NCBI GenBank assembly: GCA_938022205.1
Contig: CALIEB010000016.1
Span: 4,213 to 68,212, forward strand
DNA: 64,000 bases
Direction of reading: 5' to 3'
DNA from: an uncultured Anaerolineae bacterium
GTDB lineage: Bacteria; Chloroflexota; Anaerolineae; Aggregatilineales; Phototrophicaceae
The notes beneath the pieces were generated by a model that was not told where the DNA came from, made no database searches, and worked only from the letters and a program-made list of their open reading frames with translations. The stretch's first letter is position 1, and each line of letters opens with the position of its first letter. Shown in pieces: positions 17,511 to 26,340 of the stretch. A program made the translations under genes and the position numbers.

Positions 17511-19403
17511 ATGTCGTTGTTGGTGGCGCACAACCTCACCAAACTTTACAACGCTGACGAGGTCTTTCGCGGCGTGAGCGTCGAAATTCCCCACAGGGCG
17601 CGCATCGCGTTGGTGGGTCCCAACGGGGCGGGCAAGACGACGCTGATTAACCTGCTGGCAGGGCGCGACATCCCCAGCGAAGGCACGGTGACGCGCGCCA
17701 AGAACGCGCGCGTTGCCTATCTGCCGCAGCGTCCCGAGCTGGTGGGCAACCACACGCTGTGGGAAGAGCAGCTTGCCGCCTTTGCCGAGCTGCGCGCGAT
17801 GGAGGCGCGCCTGCACGTTCTCGCCGACGCGCTGGCAAACCCCGTCCAACATGACGACGCGCTGGCGGCGTATGGCGCGCTGCAAGCCGAATTTGAGCGA
17901 CTGGGCGGCTACACCTACGAGACGCGCGCGCGCATGGTGCTAACTGGCGTGGGTTTTGCCCCGAGCGACTATGACACGCCGCTGCAGCAGCTTTCTGGCG
18001 GACAGAAGACCCGCGCCTTGCTGGCGCGCCTGCTGCTTGAAAGCCCCGACGTGCTAATTTTGGACGAGCCGACCAATCACCTGGACATTCAAGCGGTGGA
18101 ATGGCTGGAGAAGTTCTTGCAGGACTACGCGGGCGCGGTGCTGGCGGTTAGCCACGACCGCTATTTTATGGACAATTTCGCCAGCACGATTTGGGAGCTG
18201 GAGTTCGGCACGCTGGAAGTCTATCGTGGCAACTACTCGCACTACTTGCGCCAGCGCGCGGAACGCCGTGAGCGGCTGCAGAAGGAGTTTGACGCACAGC
18301 AGGAGTTTATCGCCAAAGAGATGGCGTACATTCGCAAGCACATGGGCAGCCGCTGGACAGCGCAAGCCAAAGGGCGGCTGAAGAAGCTCGAGACCATGGC
18401 AAAGCGCGGCAAAATCATCGCTGCTCCGCCCAAAGAACGCCGCAAGATGCGCCTGCAAATGGTCGCCAGCCAGCGTAGCGGCGACAAAGTGCTTGAGACC
18501 AAGAGCTTGCAAGTCGGCTACCCTGACAGTCCTGTGCCGCTGTTTCGCGTCCCTGACCTCGTGGTGCAGCGCGGCGAGATTGTCGCGCTGGTCGGACCAA
18601 ACGGCGCGGGCAAGTCGACGCTGCTCAAGACGCTGGTCGGTGAGCTTGCGCCGCTTGCGGGTGAAGCCAAGCTGGGCGCGAGCGTGCAAGTGGGTTATTT
18701 TGCGCAAGCGCATGAGAAGCTCAACCCGCGCAACACGCTCATTGACGAGCTGTACGAGGTGAAGCCGATGCCGCAAAGTGAGGCGCGCAACCTCTTGGGC
18801 GCGTTTCTCTTCAGCGGTGACGACGTGTTTCGCACGGTGGACACGCTCAGCGGCGGCGAGCGCGGGCGGCTGGCGTTTGCCAAACTAGCGTTAGCGGGCG
18901 CGAACCTGCTGTTGTTGGACGAACCGACCAATCATCTCGACATTGACAGCCAAGAGATTTTACAGAGCGTCATTGAGGACTACACCGGCACGGTGATTTT
19001 GGTCAGCCATGACCGCTACTTTATCAGCCAGCTTGCCACGCAAATTTGGGCGGTGGGGTATCGTGAGGGCGAGCTTGAGGTGTTCGACGGCACATATGAC
19101 GAGTACGTGGCGGCGCGCAACCAGCGCGCCCTCGCAGCAGCCGCGCCTGTTAAAGCGGCAGCTGTGCCGATGGCTGCGCCTACGCCCAAACAAGGCAACA
19201 GTTACCAGCGGCAAAAACGCCTTGCTGCCGTTGAGGAGGAAATTCACGCGCTCGAGACGCAGCAAGCGGAGCTAGCGCGGGCGTTGGCGGCGGCGAGCGC
19301 GGCGGGTGATGCCGAAGCGGCGGGCGTGTTGGGTGCGCAGTACGCTGCCGTTGAACACGCGCTGGAAGCCTTGCTTGAGGAGTGGGCGGCTCTGGCGGAA
19401 TAA
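17511..19403 (+). CDS. ABC-F family ATPase (two ABC domains, no TM domain)
   Basis: Two Walker A sites (GPNGAGKTT, GPNGAGKST). Two signatures (LSGGQKTR, LSGGERGR). Two Walker B sites (ILDEPTNHLD, LLDEPTNHLD). A charged inter-domain linker and a C-terminal coiled-coil tail are present. SD AGGAGA precedes the ATG. Confidence 0.9.
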   Translation: MSLLVAHNLTKLYNADEVFRGVSVEIPHRARIALVGPNGAGKTTLINLLAGRDIPSEGTVTRAKNARVAYLPQRPELVGNHTLWEEQLAAFAELRAMEARLHVLADALANPVQHDDALAAYGALQAEFERLGGYTYETRARMVLTGVGFAPSDYDTPLQQLSGGQKTRALLARLLLESPDVLILDEPTNHLDIQAVEWLEKFLQDYAGAVLAVSHDRYFMDNFASTIWELEFGTLEVYRGNYSHYLRQRAERRERLQKEFDAQQEFIAKEMAYIRKHMGSRWTAQAKGRLKKLETMAKRGKIIAAPPKERRKMRLQMVASQRSGDKVLETKSLQVGYPDSPVPLFRVPDLVVQRGEIVALVGPNGAGKSTLLKTLVGELAPLAGEAKLGASVQVGYFAQAHEKLNPRNTLIDELYEVKPMPQSEARNLLGAFLFSGDDVFRTVDTLSGGERGRLAFAKLALAGANLLLLDEPTNHLDIDSQEILQSVIEDYTGTVILVSHDRYFISQLATQIWAVGYREGELEVFDGTYDEYVAARNQRALAAAAPVKAAAVPMAAPTPKQGNSYQRQKRLAAVEEEIHALETQQAELARALAAASAAGDAEAAGVLGAQYAAVEHALEALLEEWAALAE

Positions 19404-19440
19404 GTTAACTATAAGTAAAACTTATACTCGGCATAAAGAG

Positions 19441-19467
19441 AGCGGACGCACGACGCGCCCGCTTTTG
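19441..19467 (+). terminator. Rho-independent terminator candidate after the ABC-F gene
   Basis: GCGGACGC-acgac-GCGCCCGC forms an 8-bp stem with one mismatch, followed by TTTTG. It lies 38 nt after the TAA. Confidence 0.5.
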
Positions 19468-19511
19468 CGTTATACTCACGGCATTCTTGTAAGGAAAGCG
19501 ATGAGAGAACA

Positions 19512-19994
19512 ATGACGAAAAAAGGTGGTCATTCGACCCGCGCTAAACGCACGCCTGCCCTAAAAGCGAGTACCAGAAAGATGAACAGTTCGATTGTAAT
19601 TTTGTTACTTGCTGTCGTGACCGCAGTCGCGCTGTTTGCGTTCTTAACTAGTGTGCCGCTGCCGACTGCCGCGCAAGGGCGTACGCTGGCGCGCATCAAC
19701 CCGCAGGAATATCAAAGCAAGTTTGCTGGTACAGCGGGTCATGTGCTGCTAGACGTGCGCACGCCTGCCGAGTTCAACAGCGGGCATATCGCCAACGCGG
19801 TGAACATCTCGGTGGAGACGCTCGCCAGCCGCCTGAACGAAGTGCCGAAGGGCATGCCGATTGTCGTCTACTGCCGCAGCGGCAACCGCAGCGCGACCGC
19901 CGCGCAGATTTTGGCGGACGCAGGCTACCGCGAGGTCTATGACTTGGGTGGCATCATCGACTGGCAGCGACTTGGTTTTCCCATTCGCTACTAA
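19512..19994 (+). CDS. Membrane-anchored single-domain rhodanese (sulfurtransferase)
   Basis: TM helix IVILLLAVVTAVALFAFL. The rhodanese core reads LLDVRTPAEFNSGHIANAVNI with active-site loop CRSGNRS. An internal start at MNSS is possible. Confidence 0.8.
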   Translation: MTKKGGHSTRAKRTPALKASTRKMNSSIVILLLAVVTAVALFAFLTSVPLPTAAQGRTLARINPQEYQSKFAGTAGHVLLDVRTPAEFNSGHIANAVNISVETLASRLNEVPKGMPIVVYCRSGNRSATAAQILADAGYREVYDLGGIIDWQRLGFPIRY

Positions 19995-20012
19995 CCCAAA
20001 GGAGCAGGCAAG

Positions 20013-21407
20013 ATGATTCTCAAGTACTTTTACGACAAGAAGCTGGCGCAAGCCTCCTATTTGCTGGGATGTGCGGCGACGGGGGAAGCGATGGTGATTG
20101 ACCCCATGCGTGACATTGCGCCCTATCTTAAGGCGGCTAAAGAAGAGGGCTTGCACATCACGCACGTGACCGAAACGCACATTCACGCCGATTTTGTCAG
20201 CGGCATTCGCGAGGTGGCGCACGCTACCGGCGCGCACATGTTCTTAAGCGACATGGGCGATGAAAACTGGAAGTACGCCTTTGCCGACCAACCCAACGTC
20301 ACGCTAGTGCGCGATGGCGACGAGTGGATGGTAGGCAACGTTCGCGTGCAGGTGCTGCGGACGGATGGACACACGCCCGAACACGTCAGCTTCATGATTA
20401 CCGACACTGCCGCCACGCACGTGCCGTTTGGCGTGTTCACGGGCGACTTCTTGTTCGTTGGTGATGTCGGTCGCCCCGACCTGCTGGAAGAAGCGGCGGG
20501 CATGATTGGCAGCAAAGAGATCGGCGCACGCGCGCAGTTCCACAGCGTGCAACGGTTTAAGCAGCTGCCTGACCACTTGCAAATCTTCCCCGCGCACGGG
20601 GCGGGCAGCGCGTGCGGCAAGGCGTTGGGCGCGCTGCCAAGCACGACGCTGGGCTATGAGAAGTTGGTCAACCCCGCCTTTCAGTTCGACGACGAGGACG
20701 ACTTTGTCGCGTGGCTGCTCGAAGGGCAGCCGGAAGCCCCGCGCTACTTTGCGCGCATGAAATATGTCAACAAGGTGGGCAGCCCGCTGGTGTCGTCGCT
20801 GCCACAGCCGCAAGAGCTGCCGCGCGCTGAGCTTGACCGTGTGTTGGCGGAAGGACATTGGGTGTTTGACATGCGCTCCGCGCAAGCCTTCGCCGAAGCG
20901 CACGTGGCTGGCACAATTAACGTCCCCAACATCGGCGGTGGCTGTGTCAACCATATCGGCTGGTTTGTCGATTACAGCAAGCCGACCTACATCATTGCCG
21001 ACCGTGAAGAGCTGCCTAGCATCTTGAATGCCTTTCGCGCGATTGGCATCGACGACGTGCGCGGCTACTGGACACCCGATGTCATTCAACCCAGCGACAC
21101 TTACTTGCCCACGATTCACGCGCAAGAAGTGGCGCGCAAGCGTGACGAGGTGGTGGTAGTGGACGTGCGCGGCATCAACGAGTACAAGGCGCGCCACATC
21201 GCCGGCGCGCAGCACATCCCGCTTGGCTTCTTGCCCAAGTACCTAGACGTAATTCCGCAGGATAAGCCCGTCGTGTTGCAGTGTGCCAGCGGCTACCGCT
21301 CGCAGATTGCCGCCAGCCTGCTGCGTCGTCATGGCTTTGACAACGTGCTGAGCCTTGTCGACGGCGAGGCGGTCTGGTCACAAGTGTTGGAGACTGAACA
21401 AGGCTAG
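20013..21407 (+). CDS. MBL-fold hydrolase fused to two rhodanese domains (persulfide dioxygenase-sulfurtransferase-like, CstB/Blh type)
   Basis: The N-terminal metallo-beta-lactamase motif is THIHADFVSG, with TDGHTPEH and later His/Asp ligands. The C-terminal rhodanese has the Cys loop CASGYRS. The middle rhodanese-like domain has no active-site Cys. Confidence 0.85.
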   Translation: MILKYFYDKKLAQASYLLGCAATGEAMVIDPMRDIAPYLKAAKEEGLHITHVTETHIHADFVSGIREVAHATGAHMFLSDMGDENWKYAFADQPNVTLVRDGDEWMVGNVRVQVLRTDGHTPEHVSFMITDTAATHVPFGVFTGDFLFVGDVGRPDLLEEAAGMIGSKEIGARAQFHSVQRFKQLPDHLQIFPAHGAGSACGKALGALPSTTLGYEKLVNPAFQFDDEDDFVAWLLEGQPEAPRYFARMKYVNKVGSPLVSSLPQPQELPRAELDRVLAEGHWVFDMRSAQAFAEAHVAGTINVPNIGGGCVNHIGWFVDYSKPTYIIADREELPSILNAFRAIGIDDVRGYWTPDVIQPSDTYLPTIHAQEVARKRDEVVVVDVRGINEYKARHIAGAQHIPLGFLPKYLDVIPQDKPVVLQCASGYRSQIAASLLRRHGFDNVLSLVDGEAVWSQVLETEQG

Positions 21408-21473
21408 CCAACGCCCTCACACGCGCCTGCGATAACATGTACCATCAACCTTGACCACATTGAGGAACAGCAT

Positions 21474-21818
21474 ATGAACATTCTCAAATCGATGTTTACA
21501 CCCATGCCTAGCCTTAACGCCAGCGACGCGCAGGCGCGTCTCAAAGGTGCTAATCCGCTCTACGTGCTAGACGTGCGTGAGTACGACGAATACACCAGCG
21601 GTCATATCCCCCAAGCCAAGGCGATACCGTTGGGGCAGCTCACAGAACGCATGAGCGAGCTACCCAAAGACCGCGAGATTTTGGTGGTGTGTCGCTCAGG
21701 CGCACGCAGCGGCATGGCGACGCGCCAGCTGCTAGCAGCGGGCTATCACGCCATCAACCTCGACGGCGGCATGATAAGCTGGCAGCAGCAAAACCTGCCT
21801 ATCAAGAAGGGCAAGTAG
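21474..21818 (+). CDS. Single-domain rhodanese
   Basis: 114 aa. Motifs VLDVREYDEYTSGHIPQAKAIP and active-site loop CRSGARS are present. Confidence 0.85.
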   Translation: MNILKSMFTPMPSLNASDAQARLKGANPLYVLDVREYDEYTSGHIPQAKAIPLGQLTERMSELPKDREILVVCRSGARSGMATRQLLAAGYHAINLDGGMISWQQQNLPIKKGK

Positions 21819-21887
21819 GTGTTCTATCTGCTGCCATTGGGGCAACAGGGCGTAAGACACGCCTAAATAAACGAAAAGGACGTTGAC

Positions 21888-22640
21888 ATGATAGGCTTGG
21901 CTTTGCTGCTGGGGTTTGTCATTGGCGGACTGCTGGGCTTGCTGGGCGGCGGCGGCTCCATTCTCACTGTGCCTGCGTTGGTCTACGTTATCGGACAAAC
22001 GCCACAAATGGCGGTCACGACCTCGCTGGCAATTGTTGGCGCAAACAGCGCGATGGGCATGATGTTCCATCAAGCGCAAGGCACGCTGAATTGGCGTGTC
22101 GCGTTGCTGTTCGGCGGCGTGGGCATGGGCGTGTCGTATCTGTTCGCGGGCGTGAGCAAGCACGTCTCGCCGGTGCTGCTGATGGTGGCATTTGCCGCGC
22201 TGATGGTTGTCATCGGCGTGAGCTTGCTGCGCCAACCCCGCCAAGAAGCGCAAAGCAGCAAGCCCATTGTGCTGTGGAAGGTGTTGGGCGGTGGTGCAGG
22301 CGTGGGCGCGCTGACGGGCATCTTGGGCGTGGGCGGCGGCTTCTTGATTGTGCCGTCGCTGGTCATGCTGGTCGGGCTGCCCATGCGCGAGGCGGTCGGC
22401 ACGTCGCTGGTGATTATCGCCATGAACAGCGCGGCGGGCTTCTTGGGGCATCTCGACGGCGCGACGCTGGACGCACAGCTCATCGCGCTGTTCGTGGGGG
22501 CCGGCTTGGGCGGCACGTTCGTGGGCGCGAAGCTGGCGAAACGCCTGCCGGCGGCGCGCTTGCGCCAAGCCTTCGCGTGGTTCGTCATGATTTTGGGCGC
22601 GCTGCTGCTGTTGGACAACGCGCCCAAGCTGCTGCTTTAG
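21888..22640 (+). CDS. TauE/SafE family sulfite/anion exporter
   Basis: 250 aa with about 8 TM helices. The duplicated GxGGG motif typical of TauE/SafE is present: LLGLLGGGGSILTVP and ILGVGGGFLIVP. Confidence 0.85.
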   Translation: MIGLALLLGFVIGGLLGLLGGGGSILTVPALVYVIGQTPQMAVTTSLAIVGANSAMGMMFHQAQGTLNWRVALLFGGVGMGVSYLFAGVSKHVSPVLLMVAFAALMVVIGVSLLRQPRQEAQSSKPIVLWKVLGGGAGVGALTGILGVGGGFLIVPSLVMLVGLPMREAVGTSLVIIAMNSAAGFLGHLDGATLDAQLIALFVGAGLGGTFVGAKLAKRLPAARLRQAFAWFVMILGALLLLDNAPKLLL

Positions 22641-24799
22641 CGCAGCGTAATCTCGCCCAGCGCGGGGCGGTTGTCGGGCGCGTCGGTGGTCATGCGCTCG
22701 CCCGCCTCGTCGATTAGCCCGTAGTAGACGGTGTACGTGCCGACGCGGTCGGGCAGCGGCAGGCGCAGCTCCCCCGTGAGCGGCGCGAACGGCAGCCAAT
22801 TGGATGTCAACAAGTCAGCAATCGGCAGCCCGTCGCCTTGCGTGATGACGGGCGTTTGCGCGTCGCCCACGTGCAAGAACAGACGATAGTTGCCGCGCAC
22901 GTCGCCCAACGCCGCCCACGTCATGCGCAGCGTGAGCGTCTCGCCCGCGCTGGCACTGTCGGGGAGGTCGCTGGCTAGGAGCGTGAGGGTGTCGCCGTTG
23001 AGCGCGCTGAAGGTGCGCAGCGGCGCAGCAGGCGCGTCTGTTACGGGCGCGGCATAGACCGCAAGGGTATCTAGCACGACGTAGGGCGCGCTGTAGGGCG
23101 TGGTGACCTGCAGGTTGACGCGGTACGGCAGGTCGCTGTCCTCATCTTCGGTGTAATACACGCCGACGCGCACCTCCCCGCTGCGGGCTTGCGGCTCGTC
23201 GCCTGTTATCAGGAAAGCGAGTATCTCGGCGTAGAGTGTGTCGACCTGCCAGCGGTAGGTGTGAACGGGGGGATACGCCACCTCGCCGATAGGGTAGTCG
23301 ATGCCTGTGAGGCGTGTGTCGCCCTGCGCGTAGTTAAACGTCACGCTGTAGCGATGCGGCGTAGGACGCAGCAGCCGCCAAAACAGCTCAATCGTGTAGG
23401 CTTGATTGGGGAAAGCGTAGCCGCGCGCGGGAGCTTGCCAGTAATCGGGCAGGGCGCGCCACCCCACCAGCTCCAGCGTGTCTGCGAAGACCGCGCCAAT
23501 GGGGCGAGCATCGGCAGGCAGCTCGGCATAGGTGCGCTTAGGCGGCAGTGGTGGCACGTCGCTACCCAATGCCCACGCGGGAAAGAGCAGCACCGCTGCG
23601 CCCACAGCCGCCAGCGGCAGCCCCCACGCGCGCAAGAACGCTCGCACGCCGCGCGCGGCATCTTGCGCCAGCGCGAGCGCGCCATAAACGCTCAACAGCA
23701 TGAGCGCGGGCGTGATGGGGTGGCGAAAGCGGCTGAGCGCGAAGCTCACCACAATCCCCAGCGTGACGAGAAGCAGCCATGCGGCAAAGCCCAACGCTAC
23801 GCTGCGTTCCTTGCGCCACAACGCCACCAGCCCTAGCAAGCCAAACACCGCCAGCGGCGTGAAGTCACCTGTTAGAGCTTGTAACGTGGGCGAGAGCGCG
23901 CGCGTGACGGGGTAGTTTGCCACGTTCGCCACTTCGGCGTTTGACCACGCAATCGCCAGCTTGCGCAGCAGCAGCCCGCCGAAGCGCACGGGGTCAAGCG
24001 CGATGTCGCGCCAAATGGCTTGTTCCATTGGGATGTCGACGGTGGCGTAGGCGGGAGAAGAACCGCCCGTGCCGTCACCATCGCGGTTGTTTGCGCTATA
24101 AAGCTGATAGCCAACGGGATTGGGCGTGTAGATGGCGACAAACAGCCCCAGTGTGACCGCCAGTGCTGCACCGCCGTGTGCAAGGCGTGTTCGCCACGTC
24201 AGCGGGGTAGCCCACAGCCACAGCAAGTAAACGCCCAGCAGCGGCGCGAGGTTCAAGCGTGTGTGAACCATCACGCCGGCTAGCACGCCCAGCGCAAGGC
24301 TGCGCCACCACGCCAGTCGTTCGCGCTGCCACAGCCACAAGCAGAAGAACAGCAGCGACAAACTCGTTGCGAAGCCCTCAATCATCAGCACGGTCGCGTA
24401 AAAAACGCTGAGAGGGTAGACGGCAAACAGCAGACCTGCCATTTGTCCCGCCCACCAGCGGCGCGTCAGCAGCCACCCGCACGCCGCGATGATGCCGACC
24501 ATCAGCGCGTCCATCCACGCCGTCCAGACCGCCAGCAGATAAGGGTTGTCGTCGCGCATGAACAGCATGCCCAACGCGAAGTAGTAGCGAATGGCGGGCT
24601 GAAACGTGGTCAGCACGGATTCACCGCGCACGACCGCCTGTGCGCCCCAATAGTATGTGGCAATGTCGCCGATAGGCGGGAAGAACGTTTCGTCTACGCC
24701 CGCGCGCTCGACGAGGACGCGCACGCGCAAGAAAAACGCCAGCGCGATGAGCAAAAGCACGAGCAAAATGTGCTGTTTGGGGATACGCATGGGCAACAT
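22637..24799 (-). CDS. GT-C-fold membrane glycosyltransferase-like protein (paralogue 4) with two C-terminal modules
   Basis: 720 aa. The polytopic N-terminal half has first-loop GVDETFFPPIGD. Two consecutive copies of the C-terminal module follow: ...LELVGWRAL...YTIELFWRL...EVRVGVYYTEDED and ...LTLLASDL...GETLTLRMTWAAL...YRLFLHV...TYTVYYGLIDEAGERM. Confidence 0.7.
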   Translation of the reverse strand: MLPMRIPKQHILLVLLLIALAFFLRVRVLVERAGVDETFFPPIGDIATYYWGAQAVVRGESVLTTFQPAIRYYFALGMLFMRDDNPYLLAVWTAWMDALMVGIIAACGWLLTRRWWAGQMAGLLFAVYPLSVFYATVLMIEGFATSLSLLFFCLWLWQRERLAWWRSLALGVLAGVMVHTRLNLAPLLGVYLLWLWATPLTWRTRLAHGGAALAVTLGLFVAIYTPNPVGYQLYSANNRDGDGTGGSSPAYATVDIPMEQAIWRDIALDPVRFGGLLLRKLAIAWSNAEVANVANYPVTRALSPTLQALTGDFTPLAVFGLLGLVALWRKERSVALGFAAWLLLVTLGIVVSFALSRFRHPITPALMLLSVYGALALAQDAARGVRAFLRAWGLPLAAVGAAVLLFPAWALGSDVPPLPPKRTYAELPADARPIGAVFADTLELVGWRALPDYWQAPARGYAFPNQAYTIELFWRLLRPTPHRYSVTFNYAQGDTRLTGIDYPIGEVAYPPVHTYRWQVDTLYAEILAFLITGDEPQARSGEVRVGVYYTEDEDSDLPYRVNLQVTTPYSAPYVVLDTLAVYAAPVTDAPAAPLRTFSALNGDTLTLLASDLPDSASAGETLTLRMTWAALGDVRGNYRLFLHVGDAQTPVITQGDGLPIADLLTSNWLPFAPLTGELRLPLPDRVGTYTVYYGLIDEAGERMTTDAPDNRPALGEITLR

Positions 24800-24937
24800 A
24801 ACCTAAACGTAGGGAAAGATATAAGCAAAAAACGCGCACCAAGCCCGCACGCTGTTGGCAGCATCGTGTAAGAACAAGGCGGCAAGCCACGTCAGTGTAG
24901 CAAAAGATTTGCCTATATTCACAGTGTGGAGGTGGTT

Positions 24938-25153
24938 ATGGCGTTCGCAAAGTTTATGGCTTCACCGATTGGGCGTGGCGTGCGCATTGTCGTCGGGCTG
25001 GCGATGATAGGCGCAGGCTTGTTCGTGGTGGGCGATGTGGCGGGCATTATCCTCGCTGTTGTGGGTGTGCTGCCGCTAGCGGCGGGCGCGCTCAACTTCT
25101 GCGCGATTTCGCCCATCATTGGCGCGCCCTTCTGGGGCAAAGACGCGGTCTAA
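24938..25153 (+). CDS. DUF2892 (YgaP-like) small membrane protein
   Basis: 71 aa with two TM helices and the conserved C-terminal NFCAISPIIG (Cys-x-x-x-Pro) typical of DUF2892. GGAGGTGG lies 2-4 nt upstream of ATG 24938. Confidence 0.7.
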   Translation: MAFAKFMASPIGRGVRIVVGLAMIGAGLFVVGDVAGIILAVVGVLPLAAGALNFCAISPIIGAPFWGKDAV

Positions 25154-25446
25154 GGTCCGCATGTTCCTGCTTGCGCGGGCGTGGGCAGCGTTAGCTCAAA
25201 CGGCTGCAGGGCTTGTACGTCGGGAATGGTCAGCGTCAAGCCCTGTTTGTTTTCCAGCTGGTCGAGCAGGCGTTCGCGCGCGTCCGCATCGACGCGGTCT
25301 TGTTCGGGCGCGAGCAGCACAGGACACGCCTCATCCACAGCAGACGCGCTGGCTGGCTGCGGTTGTGCTTGCGCCCACAGCAGCACCCCCACAACTGCCA
25401 GCCCCAATCCCAGCACTAGAATGCCTAACCACCATCTTTTGCGCAT
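25150..25446 (-). CDS. Hypothetical membrane-anchored protein (98 aa)
   Basis: N-terminal TM helix WWLGILVLGLGLAVVGVLLW followed by an acidic soluble part. AGGAAGC precedes the ATG. No family recognised. Confidence 0.5.
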   Translation of the reverse strand: MRKRWWLGILVLGLGLAVVGVLLWAQAQPQPASASAVDEACPVLLAPEQDRVDADARERLLDQLENKQGLTLTIPDVQALQPFELTLPTPAQAGTCGP

Positions 25447-25536
25447 GCTTGCTTCCTGAATAGCATTTCAGCGGCTTATGTCCTGTCGTTTCGTATGCTA
25501 TGATAGCAGTTACGAGACAAGTATAGGAGGGGGTAT

Positions 25537-26340
25537 ATGGCACGTGTGCTTTTTCAGGACGAGTTTAACGACATTGCGCAAACCCACTGGCAAGTCACAG
25601 AGCAAGGCAACGGCACCGTCATTCGCCGCTACAGTTCACTGCACTTGTCGCTGTTTCCTGCTGCCGATGACGGCAGCTACCACAACGCGCAAATCACAGA
25701 CTATGCCCCGCAGACGCGCACTTTTCGCCTTGTGCCGCCCTTACGCCTTGAAATTGTCGCCTATATGGGCATCGCGCCCTCTCATTTCAAAGGCACGGCA
25801 GGCTTTGGCTTCTGGAATCACGCGCTTGCCCCCGACCTTGCGCTGACAAAAAGCCGCCTGCCACAAGCGGCGTGGTTCTTTTTCAGCAGCCCCGAAAGCG
25901 ACATGCGGCTGGCGAAGGGCGTGGCAGGCGCGGGCTGGAAAGCCGCCACGCTGGATGCTACGGGCCCGCTGGCAAAGCTGCTGCTGCCGCTCGCGCCACT
26001 GGGCTTCCTGCTCATGCGCGTGCCGCTGTTCTATAACTTGCTTTGGGGCATCGCCCAGCGCGCTATCGGCGTGAAAGAGCGCGCCTTAGAGCCAAGCCTG
26101 CTGGAGGGCGAACACACCTATCGCATCGACTGGCTGCGCGAGGGGGTGACGTTTGCCGTCGACAACGAAGTCGTGCTACGCAGCCCCTATGCCCCCAAGC
26201 AAGCACTGGGTTTCGTCGCGTGGTGCGATAACCAGTGGGCGCGCGTCACACCGCAAGGCACGCTGGCGACGGGAACGGTCGGCATTGCCCAACCGCAGTC
26301 GCTGGTGCTGCGCAGTCTTACGCTCAGCGAGTTAGATTAA
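25537..26340 (+). CDS. Concanavalin-A-like/GH16-like jelly-roll protein, no signal peptide
   Basis: FQDEFND at the N-terminus, GFGFWN, and HTYRIDWLREGVTFAVDNEVV resemble GH16/laminarinase-like lectin folds. I see no catalytic ExDxxE. SD GGAGGGGG precedes the ATG. Confidence 0.55.
   Translation: MARVLFQDEFNDIAQTHWQVTEQGNGTVIRRYSSLHLSLFPAADDGSYHNAQITDYAPQTRTFRLVPPLRLEIVAYMGIAPSHFKGTAGFGFWNHALAPDLALTKSRLPQAAWFFFSSPESDMRLAKGVAGAGWKAATLDATGPLAKLLLPLAPLGFLLMRVPLFYNLLWGIAQRAIGVKERALEPSLLEGEHTYRIDWLREGVTFAVDNEVVLRSPYAPKQALGFVAWCDNQWARVTPQGTLATGTVGIAQPQSLVLRSLTLSELD

Noticed and set aside
20304-21215. 303-aa ORF antisense to the MBL-rhodanese gene
   Set aside because: It has no recognisable motifs, while the sense strand has MBL and rhodanese signatures. 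It is a shadow ORF.
21732-22799. 355-aa ORF antisense to the TauE gene
   Set aside because: It has low-complexity R/A/Q/H composition. The opposite strand encodes a clean 8-TM TauE/SafE protein with GxGGG motifs.
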